In this document: positions 1 to 13,853 of the stretch, one piece after another
Position numbering within the stretch: position 1 is the first letter of the stretch
How the letters are laid out: each line of letters starts with the position of its first letter
Source: Nitrospirota bacterium
GTDB taxonomy: Bacteria; Nitrospirota; Nitrospiria; JACQBZ01
Length of the DNA: 64,000 bases
Direction of reading: 5' to 3'
Assembly: GCA_016201865.1 (NCBI GenBank)
Contig: JACQCA010000025.1
Span: 3,551-67,550 of the forward strand
The notes under the pieces: model-generated
What the model was told of the DNA's origin: nothing
Seen by the model: only the letters and a program-made list of their open reading frames with translations
Databases searched by the model: none
Translations under genes and position numbers: made by a program

Positions 1-621
1 CACGGTGACCAACAACGGCCCCTCAGAAGCTACGGACATAACGCTCACGGATACCTTGCCCACTGCCGTGACCTTTGTAGAAGGTACCTTCGAACAGGGA
101 GATTGCAGCGGTACCACCACGGCCATTTGCAACCTAGGAAATTTGGCCAGCGGCACCAGCACCACAGTGACGATCACCGTCACTCCTACCACATCGGGTA
201 CGATAACTAATACAGCCAGTGTGACTAGCAATGTGCCTGATCCCGATACAGCTAACAACAGCGCCACGGCCAGCACGACCGTATACGCTCCCTTGTCTGG
301 AGATAACGGCAGTAGTGGCCCTTGCTTCATCGCTACGGCAGCCTATGGGAGCTACCTTGCACCGGAGGTGCAGGTTTTAAGAAAGTTCAGAGATGACTAT
401 CTCATGACTAACTCAATTGGCAGGAGTTTTGTAGCGCTCTATTACGAAGTATCACCACCTATCGCAGGCGTTATTAGAGACCATGAAGCCCTAAGAGCCG
501 CCACTCGCTGGATTCTCGCACCCGTAATTTATGGCGTCTTGTACCCAGGGTTTTTTGTTTTGTTTGTTTCCGGAACCGCAGTGATTGTATTGGCCGGTCG
601 GAGGCTTAAGAGTAAACGAGA

Positions 622-628
<7 letters not shown>
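1..628 (+). CDS. C-terminal part of a DUF11-repeat cell-surface protein; 5' end is off the window. Ends with a conserved Cys-containing sorting-like region ([12 protein letters not shown]...LRKFRDDYL...YYEVSPP) followed by a TM helix and a basic tail
   Basis: ORF open to the window edge. DUF11-like repeat ([10 protein letters not shown]...VTFVEG), Thr/Ser-rich. C-terminal [10 protein letters not shown] motif plus hydrophobic helix plus RRLKSKREW tail. Confidence 0.6.
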
Positions 629-3385
<2,757 letters not shown>

Positions 3386-3400
3386 TCAGGAGATCGTTTC

Positions 3401-3751
3401 ATGGCCCGTTGGAATCGAAGCAAGGAGACGGTTGAACGACACCAAAAACTTCGACGCCGCATCGTCTGGGGTATCGGGTTGGCCGTCTCGGTCTACCTTT
3501 TCGTTCCGTTGATCATCGGCGATATGGGATTGGCCAAATATTTCAAGATGCGAAGGACCTACTACCGGCTCCAACAGGAAATCCAACACCTGTCGGATGA
3601 AAATAAAAAAATAGAGGATGAGATCCGGGCCTTGCGGTCCGATCCGATCGAGATCGAACAGTCGGCGAGGACTCGATTGGGGCTGGTTCGCCCCGGAGAA
3701 ACGGTGTATCAATTCAAGCCGGTTTCCCCTTCCTCTGATCGATCTCCATGA
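3401..3751 (+). CDS. ftsB: Septum formation initiator (FtsB/DivIC family)
   Basis: Single TM plus coiled coil (QQEIQHLSDENKKIEDEIRALRSDPIEIEQSAR). 4-nt ATGA overlap with era. Confidence 0.8.
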   Translation: MARWNRSKETVERHQKLRRRIVWGIGLAVSVYLFVPLIIGDMGLAKYFKMRRTYYRLQQEIQHLSDENKKIEDEIRALRSDPIEIEQSARTRLGLVRPGETVYQFKPVSPSSDRSP

Positions 3752-4665
3752 ATGAGGCCGTTTTTCATTCCGGTTTTATCTCGATCATCGGCCGGCCCAA
3801 CGTCGGCAAATCAACCCTCCTCAATCGGATCCTGCTGGAAAAAATCGCGATCGTCTCGGACAAACCCCAGACGACGCGCAACCGCATTTTAGGCGTCAAG
3901 CATCTTCCCCAGACCCAGATCGTTTTTCTGGACACGCCCGGAATCTACAAACCCAAGTATAAACTGAATCAACGGATGGTCAGGGTCGCCTTGTCAACCC
4001 TGGACGAAGTCGATCTGGTTTTTTTTCTGGTCGAGGCGACGGACGCCGTCTCAACCGGCCGGCGGGGACCGACGGCCGGAAGCGGCGATCAGTTCATCAT
4101 GGAGCGGTTGAAGGAGCTGGAGACCCCGGTCATTCTTGTGCTAAACAAGCTGGACCTGATCAAAAAGGAAAAAACGATCCCGCTGGTTGAGGAATATATG
4201 CGGCAGCATAAGTTTGCCGAGGTCGTCCCGATCTCGGCCCTGACCGGCGACAACGTGGACCGCCTGATCGAGGTGGCCGTGAAATACCTTCCGGAAGGCG
4301 AGCCGTTCTTTCCGCCGGATGTCGTGACGGACCAGCCGATCCGGTTTATCGCGGCCGAGACGATTCGGGAGAAAATCCTCCATCATACCCGGGAGGAGAT
4401 TCCGTACTCCGTGGCGGTCGTGATCGAGGAGTTCGTTGAGGAGCCGGAGAGGCCCGTTCATATCCGCGCCTTGATCCTGGTGGAACGGGATTCGCAAAAG
4501 GGGATTCTGATCGGGAAAAAGGGGGCGATGTTGAAGACGGTCGGGACCGAGGCCCGGCTGGAACTGGAAGCGCTGCTCGGTACGAAGGTTTTTTTGGAAC
4601 TGTGGGTCAAGGTTCAACAGGATTGGCGGTCGGATGAAAGTGTGCTTAAAGAGTTGGGGTATTGA
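3748..4665 (+). CDS. era: GTPase Era
   Basis: G1 motif IGRPNVGKSTLLN, DTPG, NKLD, C-terminal KH domain. 305 aa. Confidence 0.95.
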   Translation: MNEAVFHSGFISIIGRPNVGKSTLLNRILLEKIAIVSDKPQTTRNRILGVKHLPQTQIVFLDTPGIYKPKYKLNQRMVRVALSTLDEVDLVFFLVEATDAVSTGRRGPTAGSGDQFIMERLKELETPVILVLNKLDLIKKEKTIPLVEEYMRQHKFAEVVPISALTGDNVDRLIEVAVKYLPEGEPFFPPDVVTDQPIRFIAAETIREKILHHTREEIPYSVAVVIEEFVEEPERPVHIRALILVERDSQKGILIGKKGAMLKTVGTEARLELEALLGTKVFLELWVKVQQDWRSDESVLKELGY

Positions 4666-4697
4666 TACATATTGATACATGACGTATTTGATGGCTG

Positions 4698-4756
4698 GTA
4701 GGGGCAACCCTATGTGGTTGCCCAAATTCAGGGCGGCCACGCAGGGCCGCCCCTAC
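4698..4756. repeat. REP-like element: outer GTAGGGG...CCCCTAC arms enclosing two perfect 8-bp hairpins (GGGCAACC/GGTTGCCC and GGGCGGCC/GGCCGCCC)
   Basis: Read directly in the era-recO intergenic sequence. A second family member lies at 30045-30114. Confidence 0.5.
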
Positions 4757-4794
4757 ATGTCTTTAAGAATAACATTGGGGATGTAATACAACCC

Positions 4795-5517
4795 ATGTCT
4801 TTATTTGAAACAGAAGCCATTGTCCTTAAGACGATCCGCCTGGGAGAAGCCGATAAACTCGTTACGATTCTGACTGCCAAAAAAGGCAAGGTGAAGGCCG
4901 TGGCGAAGGGCGCGCGGCGGCCCCGCAGCCGTTTCGGCGCGGCCCTTGAACCCTTTACGCATTGCAATGTGATCCTGTTCGATAAAAAGCCGACGGTGCT
5001 GATGCGGATGAACCAGGCCGACATCCTTCATCCGTTCATCCGGATTCGCGAGGACCTGGAACGGATCGGTGCGGCGGCCCGGATGGTCCAACTGGCCTCG
5101 GCTATTTTACCGGAAGGGGAGGCCAACCCAAAAATCTTCTCGCTTCTGCAGGCCGGATTGGGCAAAGTCGAACGGAACGATCATCTGGAATGGCTGGTTC
5201 GTGTTTTTGAGATTCGCTGCCTGAAGCATGCCGGCTATCAGGCCCGACTGGATCATTGCCTGATCTGCCACAATGAACTGGATGCGAAGCCGGTCTATTT
5301 CTCGCCTAAGAACGGCGGAACACTCTGCGGTTCCTGCGCTCGAACGATCAGCGATCCGCTGGAGTTCGTTTCCTCAGGAACGATTTCTCTGTTGCGCCTT
5401 GCGGCCCGGATGAATTGGGCCGGACTGTTCCGCCTGAAGGCGACGCCCAAGATGCTCCAGGAAGTGAAGAACGTCATGGACGCACACCTCACCTATGTCA
5501 TCGGACGACCTCTTTGA
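4795..5517 (+). CDS. recO: DNA repair protein RecO
   Basis: MSLFETEAIVLKTIRLGEADKLVTILT... with a C-terminal zinc-finger CLICH...CGSC. Start set at the MSLFE Met within the longer ORF. Confidence 0.9.
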   Translation: MSLFETEAIVLKTIRLGEADKLVTILTAKKGKVKAVAKGARRPRSRFGAALEPFTHCNVILFDKKPTVLMRMNQADILHPFIRIREDLERIGAAARMVQLASAILPEGEANPKIFSLLQAGLGKVERNDHLEWLVRVFEIRCLKHAGYQARLDHCLICHNELDAKPVYFSPKNGGTLCGSCARTISDPLEFVSSGTISLLRLAARMNWAGLFRLKATPKMLQEVKNVMDAHLTYVIGRPL

Positions 5518-5568
5518 GAGTTTGGACTCTTCTTGGTATCACACCGGTTTTCCTTTTCGACTTTCCCT

Positions 5569-5597
5569 TTGACAACCCCGCCGGATCTATTTATAAT
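5569..5597 (+). promoter_or_regulatory. Consensus sigma70-type promoter TTGACA-17nt-TATAAT upstream of lepA
   Basis: TTGACA at 5569-5574, TATAAT at 5592-5597, exactly 17 nt between. lepA TTG start at 5634 preceded by GAGAGGG. Confidence 0.55.
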
Positions 5598-5633
5598 AAC
5601 TCGATTTATAGAATTTAAGAGAGGGTAAAAAAC

Positions 5634-7430
5634 TTGCAGACGGCGATTCGAAATTTTTCAATCATCGCCCACATCGATCATGGAAAATCCACCTTAGCCG
5701 ATCGGATTCTGGAGCAGACCGGCGCCATCACTCTTCGGGAACAGCGCGATCAGATCCTGGATGACATGGATCTGGAGCGGGAACGCGGGATCACGATCAA
5801 GGCCCATGCGGTTCGGCTCGAATACCAAGCCGAAGACGGCAAGCTCTACCATCTTCATCTGATCGACACGCCGGGCCATGTGGACTTCACCTATGAGGTT
5901 TCACGGAGTCTGGCCGCCTGCGAGGGCGTACTGCTGGTCGTGGATGCTACGCAGGGCGTGGAGGCCCAGACGATCGCCAATGCCTATCTGGCAATGGAAA
6001 ACAACCTCGTCATTCTGCCCGTGATCAACAAGATCGACCTTCCCAGCGCCGACGTCGAGAAAGTGGCGCGGCAGATCAAGGAGGTGCTTGGAATAGACCG
6101 CGCCGAGGCCATATTGGCCAGCGCCAAGGAGGGAGTCGGGATCAAAGAAATCTTAGAGGCAATCATCCGGCGCATCCCGCCGCCTCACGGCAATCCGGAC
6201 AAACCGCTCAAGGCGCTGATCTTTGATTCCTGGTTCGATAATTATCAAGGGGCGGTGGTGCTGACCCGCGTGATTGACGGCCGGGTGGGGATCGGTTCCA
6301 AGATCCGGCTGATGTCCACGCAGAAGGAGTTCGAGGTGATGGATCTCGGATTCCTGACGCCGAAAAAGAAGCCGGTTCAAGAACTGACCGCAGGCGAAGT
6401 CGGCTACCTGATCGCCGGTTTTAGAAAGGTGAGCGACACGAAGATCGGCGAGACGATCACGGATGCGCTCCATCCAACGAGCGAACCGCTTCCGGGCTAT
6501 AAAGAGATCAAGCCGATGGTCTTCTGCGGGCTGTATGCCGTCGACAGCGCCCAATTCGAGGACCTGCGGGACGCGCTCGAGAAACTGCGCTTAAACGATG
6601 CGTCCTTTACGTATGAGCCGGAAACCTCGCTCGCACTGGGATTCGGATTCCGGTGCGGTTTCCTCGGACTCCTTCATATGGAGATCATTCAGGAGCGTCT
6701 GGAGCGCGAGTATAGTCTGAACCTGATCAGCACGGCCCCGACCGTCATCTACAAGATCCTGACCCAGCAGGGCGAATGGCTCTCGATCGATAACCCGGCG
6801 AAGCTTCCCGATCCGTCCCATATCCAGCGGTTTGAAGAACCCTATATCCGCGCCGCGATTCTGACGCGGGAGGACTATGTCGGATCGCTGCTGGCCCTCT
6901 GCCAGGAAAAGCGGGGCGTTCAGATCGAGCTGAACTATCTCGACGTGGATCGCGTAATGCTGGTCTATGAGATCCCGCTGAACGAGATCATCATGGATTT
7001 CTATGACCGGCTGAAATCGGTCAGCAAAGGATACGCCTCGTTGGACTATGAGCATATCGGCTATCGCGAATCGGACCTGGTAAAGGTGGATCTCCTGTTG
7101 AACGGCGAGAACGTGGACGCGCTGTCCTTTATCGTCCACAAGGAGAAGGCCTATACCCGCGCGCGGCTGATCTGCGAGAAGTTGAAGGAGGTCATCCCCA
7201 GGCAGATGTTCGAGGTGGCGATCCAGGCCGCGATCGGCAGCAAGATCATCGCCCGAGAGACGATCGGGGCGATGCGGAAAAACGTCACCGCCAAATGCTA
7301 CGGCGGGGACATCACACGAAAGAGGAAATTATGGGAGAAACAGAAGGAAGGAAAGAAACGTATGAAACAGGTCGGGAAGGTGGAGGTCCCCCAAGAGGCG
7401 TTTCTCGCCCTGTTGAAGGTGAAAGAATAG
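5634..7430 (+). CDS. lepA: Elongation factor 4 (LepA)
   Basis: [31 protein letters not shown]... 598 aa, TTG start. Confidence 0.97.
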   Translation: MQTAIRNFSIIAHIDHGKSTLADRILEQTGAITLREQRDQILDDMDLERERGITIKAHAVRLEYQAEDGKLYHLHLIDTPGHVDFTYEVSRSLAACEGVLLVVDATQGVEAQTIANAYLAMENNLVILPVINKIDLPSADVEKVARQIKEVLGIDRAEAILASAKEGVGIKEILEAIIRRIPPPHGNPDKPLKALIFDSWFDNYQGAVVLTRVIDGRVGIGSKIRLMSTQKEFEVMDLGFLTPKKKPVQELTAGEVGYLIAGFRKVSDTKIGETITDALHPTSEPLPGYKEIKPMVFCGLYAVDSAQFEDLRDALEKLRLNDASFTYEPETSLALGFGFRCGFLGLLHMEIIQERLEREYSLNLISTAPTVIYKILTQQGEWLSIDNPAKLPDPSHIQRFEEPYIRAAILTREDYVGSLLALCQEKRGVQIELNYLDVDRVMLVYEIPLNEIIMDFYDRLKSVSKGYASLDYEHIGYRESDLVKVDLLLNGENVDALSFIVHKEKAYTRARLICEKLKEVIPRQMFEVAIQAAIGSKIIARETIGAMRKNVTAKCYGGDITRKRKLWEKQKEGKKRMKQVGKVEVPQEAFLALLKVKE

Positions 7431-8068
7431 CGCCGCCCTTATCAGATCGCATCCGATCCCGGTCGCGATCCGCGATTCGGGAATACACGGAAGCGATCGT
7501 CGTCGCCGTTCTCCTGGCCCTATTCATACGAACCTTTATCGTTCAGGCATTCAAGATCCCCTCCGGCTCCATGATCGAGACGCTCCAGATCGGGGATCAT
7601 ATCCTGGTCAATAAGTTCCTGTACGGGGTCAAGATCCCGTACACCGATCTTGATCTGTTTCCAATCCGAGCGCCGCACCGGATGGACATCGTCGTCTTTA
7701 AATATCCGGAGGACGAGACGAAGGATTTCATCAAACGGGTCATCGGCGAACCGGGGGACGTGGTCGAAGTCCGCAACAAAACGGTTTACGTGAACGATCG
7801 GCCCTTGGTCGAACCGTACACCATTCACCGCGACCCGATGGTCTTCCCGCCCGGCAGTCAATCCCCGCGGGACAATTGGGGGCCGATCACCGTTCCGGAG
7901 GAGTCGTATTTCGTCATGGGGGACAACCGCGACCAAAGCCTGGACAGCCGCTTCTGGGGATTCGTGAAACGGCAGAAAATCAAAGGGAAGGCCTTCGTGA
8001 TCTATTGGTCGTGGGACGGCCCGAACACCTGGGTGCGATGGAACCGAATCGGCCATTTGATTTCGTGA
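7331..8068 (+). CDS. lepB: Signal peptidase I
   Basis: TM helix [19 protein letters not shown] then catalytic SGSMIETL, box [14 protein letters not shown]. Start uncertain: no ATG/GTG/TTG between the lepA stop and the TM helix, so the first in-frame ATG (7331, overlapping lepA by 100 nt) is used. Confidence 0.8.
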   Translation: MGETEGRKETYETGREGGGPPRGVSRPVEGERIAPPLSDRIRSRSRSAIREYTEAIVVAVLLALFIRTFIVQAFKIPSGSMIETLQIGDHILVNKFLYGVKIPYTDLDLFPIRAPHRMDIVVFKYPEDETKDFIKRVIGEPGDVVEVRNKTVYVNDRPLVEPYTIHRDPMVFPPGSQSPRDNWGPITVPEESYFVMGDNRDQSLDSRFWGFVKRQKIKGKAFVIYWSWDGPNTWVRWNRIGHLIS

Positions 8069-8076
8069 GCGCGAAA

Positions 8077-9105
8077 ATGAAAAACAACAAACCGACTTCG
8101 GGTCGTCGGTTCGCTCGGTACCTGAAACGTTTTTCAAACGTCCGTCTCCTGGTCGTCGGCGATCTGATGCTGGATCACTATATCTGGGGCCGGGTCGAAC
8201 GCATCTCCCCGGAGGCCCCGGTTCCGGTCGTGGCCGTCTCGAACGAATCCATCCATCTGGGCGGCGCGGCGAATGTGGCGCAAAACATCGTCTCTCTGGG
8301 AGGAAAGGTCGATCTCTGCGGCGTGATCGGGAAGGACGATTTCGGCGGACGGATCCTGCGGGAATTGAAACGGGTCAAGATCAAAACGGACGGGATTATT
8401 CCGGATGCCGAGCGTCCGACCACGAAGAAAACCCGCGTGATCGCGCACAACCAGCAGGTGGTCCGGTTTGACCGCGAACGGCGTCAGGCCGTTTCCGATG
8501 AGGTCCGTCGCGCCGTACTGGAATTCATCGGCCGCCGCGTCCGCCATGTGGACGGAATTGTCGTCTCGGATTACGCCAAGGGCCTGATCACGGAAGACCT
8601 GATGCGGGAGGTGATCGGCCTGGCTCATCAACACGGGGTGCGGACGATGGTGGATCCCAAGGTGGCTCATATGCCGTTTTATAAAGGCGTGGATCTGATC
8701 ACGCCCAACGCGATGGAAGCCTTGGGAGCGGCCGGACTGGAAGGCCTGCCTGCCGGTCCGGCGGGCGCGTCGAGCGATGATCTCGATCGGGCCGGACGAA
8801 TCTTGCTGGATCGGTTGGGCTGTCAGGCCGTCCTGATTACCCGTGGAGAGCAGGGGATGAGCCTGTTCGAAAGCAACGGCAAGACGACTCATATCCCGAC
8901 CGTCGCCCGAGAGGTGTTCGACGTCACCGGCGCGGGCGACACCGTCATCGCCGCACTGGCCTTGGGGCTGTGCGCCGGCGCCCGGATGCCGGAGGCGGCC
9001 GTCCTGGCCAATCATGCCGCCGGCCTCGTGGTCGAAATCGTCGGGACGACCGCGGTTCAACAGGCGCAACTGGCCCGCTTTTTACGTGAAGGAGCCGCCT
9101 CGTGA
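8077..9105 (+). CDS. hldA: D-glycero-beta-D-manno-heptose-7-phosphate kinase (RfaE domain I / HldA-type PfkB sugar kinase)
   Basis: LVVGDLMLDHYIWGRVERISPEAPVPVVAV... plus the GAGD ribokinase signature. Start at MKNNKPT. Confidence 0.85.
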   Translation: MKNNKPTSGRRFARYLKRFSNVRLLVVGDLMLDHYIWGRVERISPEAPVPVVAVSNESIHLGGAANVAQNIVSLGGKVDLCGVIGKDDFGGRILRELKRVKIKTDGIIPDAERPTTKKTRVIAHNQQVVRFDRERRQAVSDEVRRAVLEFIGRRVRHVDGIVVSDYAKGLITEDLMREVIGLAHQHGVRTMVDPKVAHMPFYKGVDLITPNAMEALGAAGLEGLPAGPAGASSDDLDRAGRILLDRLGCQAVLITRGEQGMSLFESNGKTTHIPTVAREVFDVTGAGDTVIAALALGLCAGARMPEAAVLANHAAGLVVEIVGTTAVQQAQLARFLREGAAS

Positions 9106-9857
9106 AAACGGTCGTCGTCATACCGGCGCGTTATGCCTCCAGCCGCTTTCCGGGAAAACCCTTGATCCCGATCGGAGGCAAGCCGCTGGTCCGGCAGGTC
9201 TGGGAACAGGCGCGGAAGAGCCGACGGGCGGAACGGGTCGTGGTGGCGACGGACGATGAACGGATCCGCGCGGCGGTGGCTTCTTTCGGAGGGGACGTCG
9301 TGATGACCGAAGGCGAATTCCGCACCGGGACGGATCGGCTGGCCGGGGTCGCCGGGCGGATCGCGGCGGATGCCTACCTGAATCTTCAAGGCGATGAGTT
9401 CATTCAGGATCCGCGGATCCTGGACGACCTGATCGCCCGTTTCATTGAGGCGCAGCCGCTTTCAGTCGGAACGCTCAAGCAACCGATGAGGGAAGCGGCC
9501 GAGGGAACGAACCCGAACGTGGTCAAAGTCGTGACGGATCAGGAAGGATACGCCCTTTATTTCTCCCGGTCGGCGATCCCGTTCCATCGCGACCGTGAAA
9601 CGACCCCGGGATCCGGAGCGGTTCCGTTCTACAAGCACCTCGGCATCTATATTTATCGAAAGGATGCGCTTCTGAAATTCGCGCAGCTCCCGACCGGCGT
9701 TCTGGAAGAGCGGGAAAAATTAGAGCAGCTTCGCGCGCTGGAAAACGGAATCCGGATCAAGGTATGGGAAACCGCTTACGAATCCCTGCGCATCGACACG
9801 AAAGAGGATGCCGAAGAAGCGGAACGGCGCTTGATGAAAGCGGGAGCCGCGAACTGA
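9102..9857 (+). CDS. kdsB: 3-deoxy-manno-octulosonate cytidylyltransferase (CMP-KDO synthetase)
   Basis: [21 protein letters not shown]... 251 aa. 4-nt overlap with the upstream gene. Confidence 0.95.
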   Translation: MKTVVVIPARYASSRFPGKPLIPIGGKPLVRQVWEQARKSRRAERVVVATDDERIRAAVASFGGDVVMTEGEFRTGTDRLAGVAGRIAADAYLNLQGDEFIQDPRILDDLIARFIEAQPLSVGTLKQPMREAAEGTNPNVVKVVTDQEGYALYFSRSAIPFHRDRETTPGSGAVPFYKHLGIYIYRKDALLKFAQLPTGVLEEREKLEQLRALENGIRIKVWETAYESLRIDTKEDAEEAERRLMKAGAAN

Positions 9858-9858
9858 G

Positions 9859-11481
9859 ATGACGGCAGAACGGACTTCGAAGAGAACCAAGTACATCTTC
9901 GTCACCGGCGGAGTGGTTTCCTCGCTGGGGAAGGGGTTGGCCTCGGCCTCGATCGGAAACCTGCTCGAGAGCCGCGGGTTGACCGTCACCTTCCTGAAGC
10001 TGGACCCCTACATCAACGTGGACCCGGGGACGATGAATCCCTATCAGCACGGCGAGGTCTACGTGACGGACGACGGGGCCGAGACGGATCTGGACCTGGG
10101 CCATTACGAACGATTCACGTCGGTCGTGATGTCGCAGAAAAATAACTCGACCGCCGGGAAGATCTACTACAGCATCATCACCAAAGAGCGTCGCGGCGAT
10201 TATCTGGGCGGGACGGTTCAGGTGGTGCCGCACGTGACGGATGAGATCAAGAGCACAATCCGACGCGTGGCCGACGGCATGGACGTCGTCATCGTCGAGA
10301 TCGGCGGGACGGTCGGAGATATCGAGAGCCTGCCCTTTTTAGAGGCCATTCGGCAGTTCCCGTTCGACGTCGGCCGCGAAAACGTCCTCTACATTCACGT
10401 CACCCTCGTTCCGTTCATCAAGACGGCGGACGAATTGAAGACGAAGCCGACCCAACACAGCGTGAACAAGCTTCGGGAGATCGGTATTCAGCCGAACATC
10501 CTCCTCTGCCGCACCGACCGCCTGCTGTCGGACGACGTCAAAAAGAAGATCGCGTTGTTCAGCAATCTCGAAGCCGAGGCGGTCATCACGGCCAAAGACG
10601 TCGACACCATCTATGACGTGCCGCTCGTTTTCCACGAGGAAGGGCTGGATGCGCTGATCATCCGGCAGCTTCGCCTCGACACGAGGCCGCCGGTCTTAGA
10701 TCCCTGGCGGGAGTTGGTGGAACGGATAAGGCATCCCAAACACCGTGTTCAGATCGCGCTGGTCGGAAAATACATCGAGCTGAAGGAGTCGTATAAGAGT
10801 CTCTCCGAGGCGCTGACCCACGGCGGGCTGGCCCATTACTGCGGGGTGGAGGTGATGTGGGTGGATGCCGAACGGATCGAACGCCAGGACGCCGCGTCGT
10901 TTTTGAAAGAGGCCGACGGCATCTTAATCCCGGGCGGTTTCGGAAACCGCGGCATTGAAGGAAAGATCGAGGCAATCCGATTCGCTCGGGAATCCAAAAC
11001 GCCGTTTTTGGGCATCTGCCTCGGGATGCAGTGCGCCGCGATCGAGTTCGGTCGCAACGTGGCCGGGCTTGCGGGAGCGAACAGTTCCGAGTTCGATCCG
11101 AAGACCCCTCACCCGGTCATTGATCTGATTCCGTCTCAAAAGAACCTCGATGATAAAGGCGGGACGATGCGTCTGGGGGCTTACCCCTGTGAGATCCGGA
11201 AGGACAGCCGGGCCTACCGGGCCTACCGGAGCGACCTGGTGGCGGAACGCCACCGTCACCGGTATGAATTCAACAATCATTATCTGGAAATCTTTGAAAA
11301 GGCGGGGATGAAGGTCAGCGGCATCTATCCTCAAGAACAGTTGGTCGAGATCATCGAGCTGGACGACCACCCCTGGTTCTTGGCCACGCAGTTTCATCCC
11401 GAGTTCCGTTCGCGGCCGACCGCACCGCACCCGATTTTCCATGACTTTATCGGAGCGGCGCTTGAGGGTTCAAAGAAATAG
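9859..11481 (+). CDS. pyrG: CTP synthase
   Basis: [23 protein letters not shown]... with a C-terminal glutamine amidotransferase domain (GICLGMQ). 540 aa. Confidence 0.97.
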   Translation: MTAERTSKRTKYIFVTGGVVSSLGKGLASASIGNLLESRGLTVTFLKLDPYINVDPGTMNPYQHGEVYVTDDGAETDLDLGHYERFTSVVMSQKNNSTAGKIYYSIITKERRGDYLGGTVQVVPHVTDEIKSTIRRVADGMDVVIVEIGGTVGDIESLPFLEAIRQFPFDVGRENVLYIHVTLVPFIKTADELKTKPTQHSVNKLREIGIQPNILLCRTDRLLSDDVKKKIALFSNLEAEAVITAKDVDTIYDVPLVFHEEGLDALIIRQLRLDTRPPVLDPWRELVERIRHPKHRVQIALVGKYIELKESYKSLSEALTHGGLAHYCGVEVMWVDAERIERQDAASFLKEADGILIPGGFGNRGIEGKIEAIRFARESKTPFLGICLGMQCAAIEFGRNVAGLAGANSSEFDPKTPHPVIDLIPSQKNLDDKGGTMRLGAYPCEIRKDSRAYRAYRSDLVAERHRHRYEFNNHYLEIFEKAGMKVSGIYPQEQLVEIIELDDHPWFLATQFHPEFRSRPTAPHPIFHDFIGAALEGSKK

Positions 11482-12318
11482 ATGCAGACGATCAAACTTT
11501 CTCATTTTACCATCGGACAAGGCCGCCGACTGTTTCTGATCGCGGGGCCTTGCGTGATCGAGGCCGAGAAGCTGATGGTCGAGACGGCCCGGCAGATCAA
11601 AAAGATCGCGGCCGACCTTTCGATCCCGCTCATTTTCAAATCGTCCTACGATAAAGCGAATCGCAGCTCGGGCAGGTCTTTTCGGGGCCCCGGCCTGGTC
11701 AAAGGGCTCAAAATTTTGCGGAAGATCAAGGAGGAGTTCGAGCTTCCGGTTCTCTCCGATATCCATACTGTACAGGAGGCCGACGCGGCGGCCGAGGTCT
11801 TGGATATCATCCAAATTCCGGCCTTTCTTTGCCGGCAGACCGATTTATTGGTCGCAGCCGCGAAGACCGGATGCATCGTCAATGTCAAGAAAGGCCAATT
11901 CATGGCCCCCTGGGAAATGGGGAATGCGGTTGAAAAGATCGAGTCCGCGGGATGCCGTAAAATTCTTTTGACCGATCGGGGAGTGAGCTTCGGCTACAAC
12001 AACCTGGTTTCGGATATGAGGGCCATTCCGATCATGCAACGGTTCGGCTATCCGGTGGTGTTTGACGCGACGCACAGCGTGCAGCTTCCGGGCGCCGCCG
12101 GGAAGAGCTCGTCCGGCCAACGGGAATTCGTGCCCACGCTTGCGCGCGCGGCCGTGGCGGCGGGCTGCGACGGCCTGTTCATGGAGGTCCATCCGGATCC
12201 GGATCATGCCCCGTCCGATGGGCCGAACATGGTTCCGTTGAAGGAGTTGCCGGCGCTTTTAAGACAGGTGAAACGGATCCACGAAGCGGCAAGGGATGCG
12301 GTTCAAAGCCATGATTGA
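11482..12318 (+). CDS. kdsA: 2-dehydro-3-deoxyphosphooctonate aldolase (KDO-8-phosphate synthase)
   Basis: [11 protein letters not shown]... 278 aa. Starts immediately after the pyrG stop. Confidence 0.95.
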   Translation: MQTIKLSHFTIGQGRRLFLIAGPCVIEAEKLMVETARQIKKIAADLSIPLIFKSSYDKANRSSGRSFRGPGLVKGLKILRKIKEEFELPVLSDIHTVQEADAAAEVLDIIQIPAFLCRQTDLLVAAAKTGCIVNVKKGQFMAPWEMGNAVEKIESAGCRKILLTDRGVSFGYNNLVSDMRAIPIMQRFGYPVVFDATHSVQLPGAAGKSSSGQREFVPTLARAAVAAGCDGLFMEVHPDPDHAPSDGPNMVPLKELPALLRQVKRIHEAARDAVQSHD

Positions 12319-13270
12319 AGAAACAGCCAAAACGGTATTGCGTCTGGAGGCCCTTGCGATCCAAGAACTGGTCAAGCGGATCGATCGCAATTTCATGCAG
12401 GCGATCGGGATATTGCACGACTGCAAAGGCCGGGTCGTTGTCACCGGAATGGGAAAATCCGGGCTGATCGGAAAAAAGATCGCGGCCACGTTGGCCAGCA
12501 CCGGAACCCCGGCCTTCTTTCTGCATCCGGCCGAAGGGATTCACGGCGATCTGGGAATGGTCTCGCGCGGCGATGTGGTGATCGTCATTTCCAACAGCGG
12601 CGAGACCGAGGAATTAATCAAGATCCTTCCGGCACTGAAACGCCTTGCCGTGCCGCTCATCTGCCTGACCGGAAATACCCGGTCCACGCTGGCGAAGAAC
12701 AGCGATATCGTGATCGACGTCGGCGTCAAGGAAGAGGCCGGTCCTTTGGGGCTGGTGCCCACGGCCAGCACGACCGCCGCGCTGGCGATGGGCGACGCTC
12801 TTTCGATCGCGCTGCTGGAAAAACGGGGTTTCAAAGAGGAGGATTTCGCCTATTTTCATCCCGGCGGAAGCCTGGGTAAAAAACTGCTTCTCAAAGTCTC
12901 GGATGTTTGGCATCACGGCGCCGCGGTGCCCCGGGTCACCGAAAAAACCCCTCTTAAGGACGTCATCATCGAAATGACGTCCAAGAAGCTTGGAATGACG
13001 TCGGTCGTCAACGCCCGTGGAAAACTGTCGGGGGTGATCACGGACGGCGATCTTCGCCGGTTGATGGAACGCGAGCGGGCGCCGATGCGTCTTAAGGCGT
13101 CCGATGCGATGACGCGCAGGCCCAAGGTCATCGGCCCCGACGCCTTGGCGGTCAAGGCCGTCCAGGTCATGGAACAGTATTCCATCACGGCCTTGGTCGT
13201 CGTGGACGCAAAGCGGAAGGTGGTCGGCGTCGTTCATCTCCATGATCTGTTGAAAACCGGCGTCGTCTGA
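12296..13270 (+). CDS. kdsD: Arabinose-5-phosphate isomerase (SIS plus tandem CBS domains)
   Basis: SIS motif [24 protein letters not shown]-terminal CBS pair. 324 aa. Confidence 0.9.
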   Translation: MRFKAMIEETAKTVLRLEALAIQELVKRIDRNFMQAIGILHDCKGRVVVTGMGKSGLIGKKIAATLASTGTPAFFLHPAEGIHGDLGMVSRGDVVIVISNSGETEELIKILPALKRLAVPLICLTGNTRSTLAKNSDIVIDVGVKEEAGPLGLVPTASTTAALAMGDALSIALLEKRGFKEEDFAYFHPGGSLGKKLLLKVSDVWHHGAAVPRVTEKTPLKDVIIEMTSKKLGMTSVVNARGKLSGVITDGDLRRLMERERAPMRLKASDAMTRRPKVIGPDALAVKAVQVMEQYSITALVVVDAKRKVVGVVHLHDLLKTGVV

Positions 13271-13285
13271 ATCGAATCGGCTCCC

Positions 13286-13828
13286 ATGAAGAGATTCTCA
13301 AAAAAAATTTTAGAGAAGGCCCGGCGGGTGAAGTTTCTCCTGCTGGATGTCGACGGCGTCATGACGGACGGCACGATCTATCTGGACGCCGATGGAAGGG
13401 AAACGAAGGCCTTTAATATCTACGACGGCTCCGGCATCCATCTCGTCCGAAAAGCCGGCGTGCAAGTAGGAATCATTACGGGACGGCAGTCGGTAATCGT
13501 GGATTATCGAGCCAAAGAGCTTGGAATCACCGAGGTACACCAGAAGATCCTGGACAAGGTCAAGGTCTACGATGAGATTCTGCGGACGTACGGTTTGGAG
13601 GATTCGGAGATGGCCTATGTCGGCGACGACATCATCGACCTTCCGATCCTCAAGCGGGTCGGCCTGTCGGTCGCGGTCCCGAACGCCCATCCGGAGGTGA
13701 GGGCCCAAGTGGACTGGGTGACTCAGAAAGCGGGAGGCTGCGGCGCCATCCGTGAAGTGACGGATCTCCTGTCGGCCGTTAGAAAACCACAACAACCGTC
13801 ATCGAAGCCGCAGAGGGCCCTTCGATAG
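13286..13828 (+). CDS. kdsC: 3-deoxy-D-manno-octulosonate 8-phosphate phosphatase (HAD family)
   Basis: VKFLLLDVDGVMTDGTIYLD... 180 aa. Confidence 0.9.
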   Translation: MKRFSKKILEKARRVKFLLLDVDGVMTDGTIYLDADGRETKAFNIYDGSGIHLVRKAGVQVGIITGRQSVIVDYRAKELGITEVHQKILDKVKVYDEILRTYGLEDSEMAYVGDDIIDLPILKRVGLSVAVPNAHPEVRAQVDWVTQKAGGCGAIREVTDLLSAVRKPQQPSSKPQRALR

Positions 13829-13853
13829 GGCCCCGGCTTCAAGGTCGCGCCCG

